Shown here in pieces: positions 1 to 9,657 of a DNA stretch of 64,000 nt (its first letter is position 1; the number at the start of each line of letters is the position of its first letter). The DNA lies in NCBI GenBank assembly GCA_031285625.1, contig JAITVV010000093.1, forward strand, positions 125,232 to 189,231. The letters run 5' to 3'. Source of the stretch: Prevotella sp. (GTDB lineage Bacteria > Bacteroidota > Bacteroidia > Bacteroidales > Dysgonomonadaceae). A program made the translations under genes and the position numbers. Below the pieces are notes generated by a model that searched no databases, was not told the DNA's origin, and was given only the letters and a program-made list of their open reading frames with translations.

Positions 1-154
1 GAGCTTCGTGCAATGTCTGCTATTAGGTTTAGTTATCTATACTGTGCAGATCATCTATAGTAACTGGTGGATGAAGCGTCATTATTATGGACCTGTAGAG
101 TGGGTATGGCGGGTACTCACATGGTTAAAGCCTATTCCCCTTCGTAGAAAATAG
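1..154 (+). CDS. 3' end of DUF418/YeiB-family membrane protein (partial)
   Basis: Frame 2 reads SFVQCLLLGLVIYTVQIIYSNWWMKRHYYGPVEWVWRVLTWLKPIPLRRK*. Q..S.WW...GPxEWxWR.LT is the DUF418 C-terminal motif. Confidence 0.85.
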   Translation, partial: SFVQCLLLGLVIYTVQIIYSNWWMKRHYYGPVEWVWRVLTWLKPIPLRRK

Positions 155-177
155 AAGAAAGCTTTTAATAAAAAGTG

Positions 178-191
178 TGCAATCGTTTGCA
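178..191. promoter_or_regulatory. LacI/GalR-type operator upstream of GH13 gene
   Basis: TGCAATCGTTTGCA is a near-perfect palindrome with central CG. A -7 box (TAGTTTTG) lies at 246-253. Confidence 0.6.
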
Positions 192-291
192 ATCTTTTTT
201 AGTCAAGATAAGAATTGTAAGCAATAATGGTTCAAATAAATAGCATAGTTTTGCTGTTGATAAATCTATATCAATCTAATAATTTAAAACC

Positions 292-2184
292 ATGAAATTT
301 TTACGATTATTTCTTCCATTTCTATTTTTTATACTTTTAGCTTGCAGTGATGATTCCACTCCAAACATCACTATACCGGAACCTGGAACAGTACCTGCAC
401 AATTACGTGATGGTATAAATATCATTAGTGATGATTCACTTGGTTTCGTACTATTTGCACCTAAGAAAGAAACAGTACATCTTATTGGTGATTTTAACAA
501 CTGGCAGGTCTCAGACTCATATAAGATGAAAAAAGACGGGGATCGTTTCTGGATAAAAATTGGAAATTTGGAAAAAGGAAAAGAATATGTTTGTCAATAC
601 TTAATAGATAATTCTATAAAAATAGCAGATCCCTATGCCTCAAAAATAGCAGATCCGTGGAATGATAAAGATATATCAAGCACAATATATCCCAGCTTAA
701 TATCCTATCCTACAGGCAAAACAACCGAAATAGCAATGGTTGTAAATACAGCGCCAGCATCATATTCATGGAAAGTAGCAAACTTTAAAATAGACAAACC
801 TGAAAGTATGGTTATTTATGAAATACTCATCCGTGACTTTACAACTGATGGAAGCATAAAGGCCGTTCAGGGGAAACTTAATAGTCTAAAGCAATTGGGT
901 ATAAACGCCATAGAGTTAATGCCTTTTAATGAGTTTGAGGCAAATAACAGCTGGGGATATAATCCCTCATTCTATTTTGCAACAGATAAAGCTTATGGCA
1001 CATCCAATGATTATAAAGCTTTTATTGATGCATGCCACTCAAACGGTATCGCTGTAATTATGGATATGGTACTGAATCATAGTTATGGACAGAGTCCTAT
1101 GGTAAGAATGTATCAGGATGCAAACAACAGTCCTACAGCCGATAATCCATGGTATAATCAAAAATCGAACTTCGCAAACCCAGATGCACAGTGGGGGTAT
1201 GACTTTAATCATGAAAGTAAATACACCCAGGCATTTGTGGATAGCGTTTGCGCATATTGGATGAAGGAATATAAAGTAGACGGATTCCGTTTCGATTTCA
1301 CAAAAGGTTTTTCTAATACATCATATCCGGCATCCGGTGCTGGTAGCTGGGGAGAACCATACGATGCCGCACGTATAAAAAATCTGAAACGCATCTATAA
1401 TGAAATAAAGAGAAGAAATCCTGATGCCGTATTAATCTGTGAACATCTCTCTGATAACGAAGAAGAGAAAGAACTGGCCGAATACGGAATTATGCTATGG
1501 GGCAAAATGACTGAAAACTATAACGAAGCCACTATGGGATGGGGAGCCGAAGCCGGAGATTATGGACCAAAAGGAGATGTTTCGTGGACTTCATATAAAG
1601 AAAGAGGCTGGTCAAAACCCAATTTAGTAGCCTATATGGAAAGTCATGATGAAGAGAGAATTATGTTTAAGAATCAGAAATGGGGTAAAACATATGGTAA
1701 CTACAATGTTACCGATCTGAAAACAGGACTTAAACGTACTGAAGCTGCTGCAGTCATACTGATGTCGTTTCCCGGACCTAAAATGATATGGCAATTCGGT
1801 GAAGTAGGATATGACGAAGAACTCAATAATGATCGTTTGGGTAAGAAACCGCCTCATTGGGAATATTACGATGTGACGGAAAGAAAAGCTCTCTATGATG
1901 TATTTTCAAAAATGAATACACTCCGCAATTCGAACGCAGCATTTTCTACCAGCGATTATCTTGCAGATGTTAGGAATCAGTTTAAGCAAATACTTCTGAA
2001 GTCATCAGGTGGATATGTATGTGCTATTGCTAATTTTGATGTAGTGGAATTAGCGCAAGAAGTCAACTTCGGAAAAACAGGCCAGTGGGAAGATTATTTT
2101 TCCAGCAATAAATTAAATCTCACTGGTACCACACAGAATATCAAATTACAACCGGGTGAATACCGGCTATATATAAGTAAATAA
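292..2184 (+). CDS. GH13 alpha-amylase/pullulanase-like lipoprotein with N-terminal CBM48-like domain
   Basis: Lipobox LLAC; motifs VIYEILIRDF, IELMP, SWGYNP, DMVLNH, DGFRFD, ICEH, ESHDE. Confidence 0.9.
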   Translation: MKFLRLFLPFLFFILLACSDDSTPNITIPEPGTVPAQLRDGINIISDDSLGFVLFAPKKETVHLIGDFNNWQVSDSYKMKKDGDRFWIKIGNLEKGKEYVCQYLIDNSIKIADPYASKIADPWNDKDISSTIYPSLISYPTGKTTEIAMVVNTAPASYSWKVANFKIDKPESMVIYEILIRDFTTDGSIKAVQGKLNSLKQLGINAIELMPFNEFEANNSWGYNPSFYFATDKAYGTSNDYKAFIDACHSNGIAVIMDMVLNHSYGQSPMVRMYQDANNSPTADNPWYNQKSNFANPDAQWGYDFNHESKYTQAFVDSVCAYWMKEYKVDGFRFDFTKGFSNTSYPASGAGSWGEPYDAARIKNLKRIYNEIKRRNPDAVLICEHLSDNEEEKELAEYGIMLWGKMTENYNEATMGWGAEAGDYGPKGDVSWTSYKERGWSKPNLVAYMESHDEERIMFKNQKWGKTYGNYNVTDLKTGLKRTEAAAVILMSFPGPKMIWQFGEVGYDEELNNDRLGKKPPHWEYYDVTERKALYDVFSKMNTLRNSNAAFSTSDYLADVRNQFKQILLKSSGGYVCAIANFDVVELAQEVNFGKTGQWEDYFSSNKLNLTGTTQNIKLQPGEYRLYISK

Positions 2185-2212
2185 GAAGTCAAAATGGTTA
2201 ATTCCATTTTAA

Positions 2213-2247
2213 ATAAAGCTGGTTGTCGGGATGACAATCAGCTTTGT
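2213..2247 (+). terminator. Rho-independent terminator
   Basis: AAAGCTGGTTGTC-loop-GACAATCAGCTTT hairpin after the GH13 stop. Confidence 0.7.
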
Positions 2248-2349
2248 GTATTTCTAAGCCTGTATGGACTAGATTTAGCTTAATTTTTAATACTAACTTT
2301 AAACTCCCGCCTAAATTTGATATATTTGTCAAAAATAAATTGAAAGGAT

Positions 2350-4503
2350 ATGAAAAATATTTTAGGATTATTGTTTGCCATGCTATTCTTTGCTACAGCC
2401 AGTGCGCAACGATTAGATTTAATGGATATTAATTCGGGAAAATACTATGCACGGGGCGTTCAGCCGGTAGTATCATCTGCTGATGGTGAATCTTATTTTC
2501 AGGCAGACAATAATTACACAATGATTATTAAATACTCATATAGCACAGGCTTACCTACCGACACGATATTCGATGTGAAAAAGGCCAGGGAATCTACTAT
2601 CAGTTCATTTCAGGGATTCGTCATTAGTCCTGATGAGAAAAGATTATTGGTATTTAATGATCATGAACCTATCTATCGACATTCATATAAAGCGAACTAT
2701 TATTATTACGATGTTCGCCGCAATCTGATACGCAAATTAACTCAAAATAAAGAAAAACAGTCCATTCCTACTTTTTCCCGCGATGGGCGGATGCTGGCAT
2801 ATGTATCGAATAATAATATCTGGCTAGCCAAATTCGATTATGATACAGAATCGCAAGTAACAAGAGATGGGGAATTGGGTAAAATAATAAATGGTGGAAC
2901 CGATTGGGTATATGAAGAAGAATTCGCGACAACAAGCCTCATGGACTTCTCTGAAGATGGGCGACTCTTAGCCTTTGTTCGTTTTGATGAGACAAACGTT
3001 CCCGAATACTCAATGCAGATGTATGCGAATAATCTTTATCCTTCTTCATTTTCTTTTAAATATCCTAAAGCCGGAGAGCAAAATTCGATAGTAACATGCA
3101 ACGTATTTGATATAGATGCTAAAACTATCAGGAAAATGAATATTCCTGCAAACACAGAATATATACCGCGTATCCAGTTTCTTCCTAAAGGGGATGATCT
3201 GGCTATAATGGCTTTGAACAGGGAACAAAATAAGTTTGACCTATATCTGGCTAACGGAAGATCGTCTGTGAGCCGCTCTATATTACATGAGGAAAACAAT
3301 CGTTATATAGATTCCGAACTGTTTGATTATATCAAATTCTTTGATAATCAATTCACCTATGTTAGTGAAAAAGATGGTTATACTCATATTTATCTGTACG
3401 ATAATACAGGTGTTATGCAGAAACAACTAACCTCCGGTAATTATGATGTAACCAGTCTTCTTGCCGTTGATCCTATTTCAAAAACAGTATTTTATGAAGC
3501 GGCAGAAGAAAGCCCTCTACAACGTGCTATCTATAAAGTAGACATGGTAAAAGGCATAAAGACAAAACTGTCGGCAAAGCAGGGCACTAATAATGCTACA
3601 TTCAGCAATAACGGCAAATATTATATCAATAATTTTAGTAATATATCCACACCGAGAATAGTTACAGTACATGACGCATCAGGTAAAGAATTACGGGTAT
3701 TAGAAGATAATGCAAGACTGAAAAATTCATTAACTGGACTAAATCTTCCTACAAAAGAATTTATCACAGTAAAATCTGCTGATGGACGCGACCTGAATGC
3801 CTACATAATGAAACCGGCTAATTTTAACCCATCTCAGAAATACCCATTGGTAATGGTGCAATATAGCGGGCCTAATTCACAGGAAGTAAAAGATAGCTAT
3901 AGCATTGACTGGACTGATTATCTGACAACACAGGGTTTTATTGTAGCTAGTGTGGATGGACGTGGAACGGGTGCCAGAGGCGAAGATTTCCGTAAATGTA
4001 CTTATATGAACTTAGGTATATATGAGTCGGATGATCAGGCAGCTGCCGCCCGACATTTTGCCTCTCTTCCATATATCGACGGCAGTAAAATTGCTATTTG
4101 GGGATGGAGCTACGGGGGATATAATGTACTTATGAGTATGAGCCGTGGCAATGGCGTATTTAAGGCCGGAGTGGCTATAGCACCCGTTACAGACTGGAAA
4201 TTCTATGACACAGTATACGCTGAACGTTTTATGCGCACGCCGCAGCAGAATGCTGCCGGATATCAGGCGGGGTCCCCTATCCTACTTGCAAATAAACTTC
4301 AAGGTAGTTTATTGCTGATTCATGGCTCTGCAGATGATAATGTCCATTTTCAGAATACAATGGATTATGCAGCTGCCTTGGTTAAGGCTAATAAGCAATT
4401 CGATATGTTCGTTTTCACAGACAAAGATCATTCTATAAGAGGAGCTGCCAACCGTACTTATCTTTATGAAAAGGTTATAAAATTCTTGAAAACAAATATG
4501 TAA
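2350..4503 (+). CDS. Dipeptidyl peptidase IV (S9B)
   Basis: Signal peptide, DWVYEEE, GWSYGG, DDNVH and C-terminal catalytic His. TATATTTG -7 box at 2321-2328. Confidence 0.95.
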   Translation: MKNILGLLFAMLFFATASAQRLDLMDINSGKYYARGVQPVVSSADGESYFQADNNYTMIIKYSYSTGLPTDTIFDVKKARESTISSFQGFVISPDEKRLLVFNDHEPIYRHSYKANYYYYDVRRNLIRKLTQNKEKQSIPTFSRDGRMLAYVSNNNIWLAKFDYDTESQVTRDGELGKIINGGTDWVYEEEFATTSLMDFSEDGRLLAFVRFDETNVPEYSMQMYANNLYPSSFSFKYPKAGEQNSIVTCNVFDIDAKTIRKMNIPANTEYIPRIQFLPKGDDLAIMALNREQNKFDLYLANGRSSVSRSILHEENNRYIDSELFDYIKFFDNQFTYVSEKDGYTHIYLYDNTGVMQKQLTSGNYDVTSLLAVDPISKTVFYEAAEESPLQRAIYKVDMVKGIKTKLSAKQGTNNATFSNNGKYYINNFSNISTPRIVTVHDASGKELRVLEDNARLKNSLTGLNLPTKEFITVKSADGRDLNAYIMKPANFNPSQKYPLVMVQYSGPNSQEVKDSYSIDWTDYLTTQGFIVASVDGRGTGARGEDFRKCTYMNLGIYESDDQAAAARHFASLPYIDGSKIAIWGWSYGGYNVLMSMSRGNGVFKAGVAIAPVTDWKFYDTVYAERFMRTPQQNAAGYQAGSPILLANKLQGSLLLIHGSADDNVHFQNTMDYAAALVKANKQFDMFVFTDKDHSIRGAANRTYLYEKVIKFLKTNM

Positions 4504-4521
4504 GGATATAATTTTCTAAAT

Positions 4522-4558
4522 AAAAAAACAGGCTATTCGTTAATAGCCTGTTTTTTTT
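4522..4558. terminator. Bidirectional intrinsic terminator
   Basis: AAAAAAACAGGCTATT-CGTT-AATAGCCTGTTTTTTTT between convergent genes. Confidence 0.9.
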
Positions 4559-4727
4559 ATTTCTTTTTCTTTGTAGACTTTGGTTTTGAAGCAAAATCTT
4601 CCAATTCCTTTTCAGTCATGCCATTTGCAACTTTCTTTATCTCATCACTGGCATTTTTATTTTCTCCTCTCTTATACGAGAGAGCCGCCCCCATCAATCG
4701 TCTTTGTTTCTCACTTTTAGCTGGCAT
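4557..4727 (-). CDS. DUF3008-like small basic protein (56 aa, not in ORF track)
   Basis: Hand translation MPAKSEKQRRLMGAALSYKRGENKNASDEIKKVANGMTEKELEDFASKPKSTKKKK*. Matches the MPAKS..Q....GAAL..KRG....M.EKELE.FAS pattern recalled for DUF3008. Confidence 0.8.
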   Translation of the reverse strand: MPAKSEKQRRLMGAALSYKRGENKNASDEIKKVANGMTEKELEDFASKPKSTKKKK

Positions 4728-4742
4728 ATACCCATATTTTAG

Positions 4743-4895
4743 TTAATCTTCTTCGTATTCATTGATTTTCTCTCCCGACTCAAGATGCATATCTTTAAAT
4801 GGTTCGGATTTCAATTGGTTATCTATCTTTTGTTGTGCTTCAGATTTTTCTGCTTGAGATGCCTGTTGATTTGTTTTGATTTCCTTGTCTTCCAT
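4743..4895 (-). CDS. Small acidic hydrophilic hypothetical protein (50 aa, not in ORF track)
   Basis: MEDKEIKTNQQASQAEKSEAQQKIDNQLKSEPFKDMHLESGEKINEYEED*; AT-rich start context; lies 15 nt upstream of the DUF3008-like ORF. Confidence 0.6.
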   Translation of the reverse strand: MEDKEIKTNQQASQAEKSEAQQKIDNQLKSEPFKDMHLESGEKINEYEED

Positions 4896-5010
4896 AATTT
4901 CTTATTTTAATAAACACTATAAACTACTTTTTTAGAACAAGCTGATAACCAAAAGAGTTTACATTATCCATGGGAGAATATATTAAAATAATTAAACGAA
5001 TTATAATACA

Positions 5011-5045
5011 AAAAGGATGGTGAAAATACTATCACCATCCTTTTT
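5011..5045 (-). terminator. Intrinsic terminator of GNAT gene
   Basis: AAAAGGATGGTGA-loop-TCACCATCCTTTT. Confidence 0.85.
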
Positions 5046-5068
5046 CATTTACTTATTTCTTATAGAAG

Positions 5069-6211
5069 TTATTTTATACTTTTAATATAAGCTCTACGCA
5101 TCTTATGATTCTCAGCACTAAAACCATCCCAGAGGGATGCTACCTTATTGTTCATTTCCAGTTCAGGATTTGATTCGGCGAACTGAAATCCACACTTGTA
5201 TGCAGATGGTATAAAATCATTGAAGATGATTGCATTTACACCTTTTCCTTGATATTCAGGAGAGATTCCAATTAACATCAGATCTACAACCGGATTTTTC
5301 TTACTCTTCAGATCTTTCAGAAGATGTCTCCATCCAAACGGGAACAATTTGCCGCGTGATTTTATAAGCCCGTCTGAAAGGCTTGGCATTCCAATACCGA
5401 ATCCGACCACTTCATCTGTATCTACTTTTATTATAATCGATACCAAGTCCCAACGGAGCAAGGGTACATACATTTTTACATAATAGTCTATTTGCCTTTG
5501 TGTTAACGGTGCAAATCCATATAAAGGTTTGTAAGCATCATTTAATAGTTCAAATAACTTATTTACATATGGAGTTATTTGTTTCAAATTTTTAAATTTA
5601 AGAACTTTCAATCCATATCGTTGCATCACCATATTAGCTATTCGCTGATGTCTTTCAGGAACAGAATCCGGCACAGGAATACGATATTCGTTCCAGTCGG
5701 CATCTTTTACAAAGCCTAATCGTTCTATCTGCTCCCGGTAATATGGATAACTATATGTTGTAGACATAGTAGATACTTTATCATATCCTTTGATTAGCAA
5801 TCCTTCATGATCCAGATCAGTAAAACCCATCGGCCCTATAATAGAATCCATGCCTTTATTCTTCATCCAGTTTTCTGCAGCAGCAAACAAAGTATCCACA
5901 ACTTCGTTATCATCTATGAAATCAACAAAACCAAAACGGCCTTGTTTTTTATTCCATATTTTATTTGCTTCATGATTTATAATAGCTGCTATCCTACCCA
6001 CTATTTTTCCATCTCTGTATGCCAGAAATAATTGGTTTTCGCAAAAATCAAATGCCGGATTTTTCTTTTGGTTAAGAGTTTCCAGCTCATCCATTACTAG
6101 CGAGGGAACATAATAAGGAGAATCTTTATATAGGACATCTATAGGGAATTTAACGAATGCTTTTTTCAAAGCTTTATCATCCTCCTTTACTTCCTTGATT
6201 ATTATAGACAT
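5069..6211 (-). CDS. YghO-like tandem GNAT N-acetyltransferase
   Basis: VGRIAAIIN, GRFGF, GPMGFTDLD.EGLL and PEYQGKGVN (acetyl-CoA motif A). Confidence 0.8.
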   Translation of the reverse strand: MSIIIKEVKEDDKALKKAFVKFPIDVLYKDSPYYVPSLVMDELETLNQKKNPAFDFCENQLFLAYRDGKIVGRIAAIINHEANKIWNKKQGRFGFVDFIDDNEVVDTLFAAAENWMKNKGMDSIIGPMGFTDLDHEGLLIKGYDKVSTMSTTYSYPYYREQIERLGFVKDADWNEYRIPVPDSVPERHQRIANMVMQRYGLKVLKFKNLKQITPYVNKLFELLNDAYKPLYGFAPLTQRQIDYYVKMYVPLLRWDLVSIIIKVDTDEVVGFGIGMPSLSDGLIKSRGKLFPFGWRHLLKDLKSKKNPVVDLMLIGISPEYQGKGVNAIIFNDFIPSAYKCGFQFAESNPELEMNNKVASLWDGFSAENHKMRRAYIKSIK

Positions 6212-6239
6212 ATTTTTATGTACTAAATAAATTACAACT

Positions 6240-6334
6240 AAGGTCTCAGACCTATTTATTACTTTGGTAAGCAGAACAACAATAAGTTGTTATGATTCTA
6301 AAATATATCATTAAATACTTACTGCTACTTATTA
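6240..6334. repeat. Dispersed repeat copy (core AAGGTCNCAGACCT)
   Basis: Palindromic core AGGTCT-C-AGACCT; related cores at 6985, 28809 and 56482; 20-mer 6315-6334 matches 28849-28868 at 19/20. Confidence 0.6.
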
Positions 6335-6405
6335 ACGTCGCAAAGATAGTATTTTTATTTATTAGATATTATTTGCGATAATAACCATATCAAGATTTGA
6401 TATAG

Positions 6406-6969
6406 TTATTTCCAAATTAATTCATTTTCAGAAACGATGAAATCCATTTTTACATCATTCGGATCGGTTGGAATAGTATCGAAAAGCTGAAAATCAAAAC
6501 ATATGCCCATTTTAGGAGCAGATATTTTAGGCAAGAATCGATCATAAAATCCTTTTCCCCTCCCCATCCGGTTCATTTTCCGGTCGAAAGCTACCCCGGG
6601 TACAATTATTAAATCGATTTTATTATATTCTGTAAAATCTTCACCAACAGGCTCCATTATACCGTATGAAGACTGCTGAAAACTTGTTGAGAAGTCACAA
6701 GCTCTGAATACAATTTCATCTCCGGTTACTACAGGCAAATAAAAATTCTTCTCACTACCCCATTTATGGATAAAGTCATATGTTTGCACTTCATCCTCCA
6801 GGCTATTATATATAAATATTGCCTTAGCTTGCTGAAAGGCACCTGTTATCTCCAAAACAGACAATACTTCTTCCGAACGGTTATATAAATCGTCTGAAGT
6901 ATAATTTTTTTTACGTAAAGAGATTTCTTTTCTTAGCTTTTCTTTTTCCTGATATATATTTTTCGCCAT
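6406..6969 (-). CDS. ygfA: 5-formyltetrahydrofolate cyclo-ligase
   Basis: K..LRK N-terminus, YGIMEP, IDLIIVPGVAFD, RMGRGKGFYDRFL. Confidence 0.93.
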   Translation of the reverse strand: MAKNIYQEKEKLRKEISLRKKNYTSDDLYNRSEEVLSVLEITGAFQQAKAIFIYNSLEDEVQTYDFIHKWGSEKNFYLPVVTGDEIVFRACDFSTSFQQSSYGIMEPVGEDFTEYNKIDLIIVPGVAFDRKMNRMGRGKGFYDRFLPKISAPKMGICFDFQLFDTIPTDPNDVKMDFIVSENELIWK

Positions 6970-7084
6970 TTATTCTGTTTAATGAAGGTCGCAGACTTAC
7001 TACTTTTATATCTGTCACAATAGTATCGAACAAAAATACATTTCTTTAATTATAATATCAAAATATCTTTTCTTTAAAAAATGA

Positions 7085-7114
7085 AAGGGATAAGATTTTG
7101 TATTCTTATCCCTT
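7085..7114 (-). terminator. Intrinsic terminator after S41 protease
   Basis: AAGGGATAAGA-loop-TCTTATCCCTT. Confidence 0.75.
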
Positions 7115-7128
7115 ATTTTGAAATTATA

Positions 7129-8853
7129 TTATTTGTAACGTCCATTCTTTATTGCGTCAGGACTTGCCTTATCAGCTTTTAATAGCTTTATAGCCTCCTT
7201 TATCATTGTTTCATCCCTCTGATACAATTCGTAGAAAGCATCTTCGCCAAATATGTTACGAATAATAAATGCTTCAAGTTGATTTTGTAATAGTTTTCTC
7301 GATTCTTCAATCAAGTATGGCTGACGGCGAATTCCTTTTATATAGGCATATTCCACCAGATTATCTACTAAAGGCTGTATAGAAAGAAATTTAGCAGCCT
7401 CGCGCCATGATTTATAGCCTGTCAATTTTTCTCTGTATTTTTCAGTAAATACGTAGCTATATTCCCTTAATAAGCCTTTATTGGCAACCCTTATATAATA
7501 AGAGTTTACACCAGCCGTGTCGCGAGGTATAAATACATCAGCCAATATACCATCATCTCCATATACAGGTCTTCCCGATAGGGTATGGAATAAAGGTAAG
7601 TTATCTAATTTGATACTATCCCTATTGTCAAATTCACCCCTGTTAAACCGGTTGTATATATCCATATTATAATTCTGACGGTCGCCTCTCTCGTAAGCTT
7701 TTTGAATGCATCTGCCCGAAGGTGTGTGATAACGGGCAATAGTAAGACGAAGCGCAGAACCGTCATTGAATTTATACTGTGTTTGTACTAACCCTTTGCC
7801 AAATGAGCGGCGTCCTACAATTAGTCCTCTGTCATTATCCTGTATAGCTCCTGCAAAAATCTCACTGGCTGAAGCACTGCCTTCATCCATCAGTACCACT
7901 ATCTGACTGGTCTTACATGTTCCCGAATTGTCAGCATAATAATTTTCTCTCGGGTAAGCCCGTCCTTCAGTATATACAATCAGGTTTCCACTCGAAAGGA
8001 ATTCATTGACCATCATAATAGCAGCCTCCATATAACCACCGGTATTCTGTTGGAGGTCAATAATAAACGACTCGCAATTTTGACTTTTAAGCTTAGCTAT
8101 AGCCGTTATAAACTCATTATATGTCGGACTACCGAATTTGCTAACTTTGATATATCCAATCTTATCGTCTACCATATAAGAAGCATCAACGCTTCTTACC
8201 GGAACATCTGCACGTGTAACAAGAAATGGAATAATCTCCGCCTTGCCGGGTCTTCTCACTCCTAGTTTTATCTGAGTGCCTTTTGGACCTTTCAGTGTAC
8301 TGTACACTGTATTTTCATTTATCTGTTTTCCAGAGAACAATGTATCATTTACATAAATAACCCTGTCGCCGGGCATTATACCAACAGCTTCGGAAGAGCC
8401 TCCCGGTATAGCATTCACGATAGTAAGCGTATCGTTCAGTATCAGGAATTCGACTCCGATACCGCTAAAATGCCCTTCTAACTCATCTCCTTTCCGGGAC
8501 ATAGTCTCGGCTGAAATGTAGTCTGAATGCGGATCTAATCCTGCTAAGATAGAAGGTATAGCATTTTCAACCAGATCATTTACATTGACAGTATCTACAT
8601 AAGCCTTATTAATGTATTCAAATACTGTTTCCAGTTTATTATTTCCTTTGCTAAACCAATGAGCCCCGGAACCGAATATAGAGAACGCATTCCCTATAAA
8701 GATACCAATAGCTATGCTGATAGCAATACATAAAGGTAACCAGATAAATATTCCTTTATTCGTTTTTTTGGGTGTAGCAGTATACCTGTTCGGATTAGAA
8801 GGATATTCTGCTGTTCTTTCCTCGTCCTTGTTTAATTCTTTTTCACCTTCCAT
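7129..8853 (-). CDS. S41A C-terminal processing peptidase (PDZ)
   Basis: N-terminal TM, LDPHS, FSGIGV (PDZ), DLQQNTGG, SASASEI, GRRSFGKG. Confidence 0.93.
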   Translation of the reverse strand: MEGEKELNKDEERTAEYPSNPNRYTATPKKTNKGIFIWLPLCIAISIAIGIFIGNAFSIFGSGAHWFSKGNNKLETVFEYINKAYVDTVNVNDLVENAIPSILAGLDPHSDYISAETMSRKGDELEGHFSGIGVEFLILNDTLTIVNAIPGGSSEAVGIMPGDRVIYVNDTLFSGKQINENTVYSTLKGPKGTQIKLGVRRPGKAEIIPFLVTRADVPVRSVDASYMVDDKIGYIKVSKFGSPTYNEFITAIAKLKSQNCESFIIDLQQNTGGYMEAAIMMVNEFLSSGNLIVYTEGRAYPRENYYADNSGTCKTSQIVVLMDEGSASASEIFAGAIQDNDRGLIVGRRSFGKGLVQTQYKFNDGSALRLTIARYHTPSGRCIQKAYERGDRQNYNMDIYNRFNRGEFDNRDSIKLDNLPLFHTLSGRPVYGDDGILADVFIPRDTAGVNSYYIRVANKGLLREYSYVFTEKYREKLTGYKSWREAAKFLSIQPLVDNLVEYAYIKGIRRQPYLIEESRKLLQNQLEAFIIRNIFGEDAFYELYQRDETMIKEAIKLLKADKASPDAIKNGRYK

Positions 8854-9304
8854 TTACTTCTTCTGATTCCTCTGTATTTGTTTCTATATCAATATATACG
8901 ACTTCTACGCCTGCCCGTTCGAGCAAAGAAGCACCATCTGTACGTCTGTATTTCTGATTATAAACAACCCGTTTGATTCCTGCCTGAATAATCAGCTTAG
9001 CACACTCTATACATGGGGAAGTAGTTACATACATTGTTGCACCCAGACTACTGTTATGCGAACAAGCTACCTTCGTAATTGCGTTTGCTTCGGCATGTAA
9101 AACATAGGGTTTTGTCTCATTGTTTTCATCTTCACATACGTTTTCAAATCCTGAGGGGGTACCATTATAACCATCAGATATTATCATTTTATCCTTAACA
9201 ATGAGTGCACCTACTTTTCTGCGTTTACAATATGAATTTTCTGCCCAAATAGCAGCCATCCTCATATAACGCTCATCGAGCAACCTTTGTTTGTTTTCGC
9301 TCAT
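8843..9304 (-). CDS. dCMP deaminase (ComEB-like); start reassigned to MSENKQ
   Basis: GYNGTP, HAEANAI, PCIEC zinc motifs. TATCTTTG -7 box at 9331-9338 lies inside the longer ORF call. Confidence 0.92.
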   Translation of the reverse strand: MSENKQRLLDERYMRMAAIWAENSYCKRRKVGALIVKDKMIISDGYNGTPSGFENVCEDENNETKPYVLHAEANAITKVACSHNSSLGATMYVTTSPCIECAKLIIQAGIKRVVYNQKYRRTDGASLLERAGVEVVYIDIETNTEESEEVNGR

Positions 9305-9454
9305 GAAATTGTGTTCTAAAATTTTGAACACAAAGATAATGAAAAGTTCACGAATCAAACTATTTAGCTTAGAGCAAACTCCTGAAAAGTTTTCAAAATT
9401 TATCTATTATATGATAGTTGTAAAATATTATTACCAAAGATGACTGAAATATAA

Positions 9455-9504
9455 AAAAGTAACACTTGAAATATATGATAAAAGTGTCACTTTTGTCACT
9501 TTTT
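9455..9504. repeat. GTRACA iteron-like element (copy 1)
   Basis: GTAACA(9459)-N20-TGTCAC(9485) plus a second TGTCAC 9 bp later; reverse complement of the arrangement at 17152-17192. Confidence 0.55.
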
Positions 9505-9657
9505 AACCAAATATAGTTAATGAATGTAAAATAAAATTCATGTGGAAATTCTCAGATTCACAGAGCTAATTTCCCAAATATTGGGTAACAGTAGGAGATA
9601 CGGAAATATTCATGTAAATTTGCAGGTGATTAATATAACACAAGTTTTAGAGTAAAA

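Noticed and set aside
6970-7128. Possible 6S RNA upstream of ygfA (ssrS-ygfA synteny in Proteobacteria)
   Set aside because: The gap is short, AT-rich and occupied by a terminator and promoter; no long rod-like complementarity.
9305-9358. N-terminal extensions in the ORF track (dCMP deaminase; likewise 25950, 31607, 34777, 38550)
   Set aside because: Extensions overlap promoter boxes or upstream genes; downstream ATGs fit family N-termini better.
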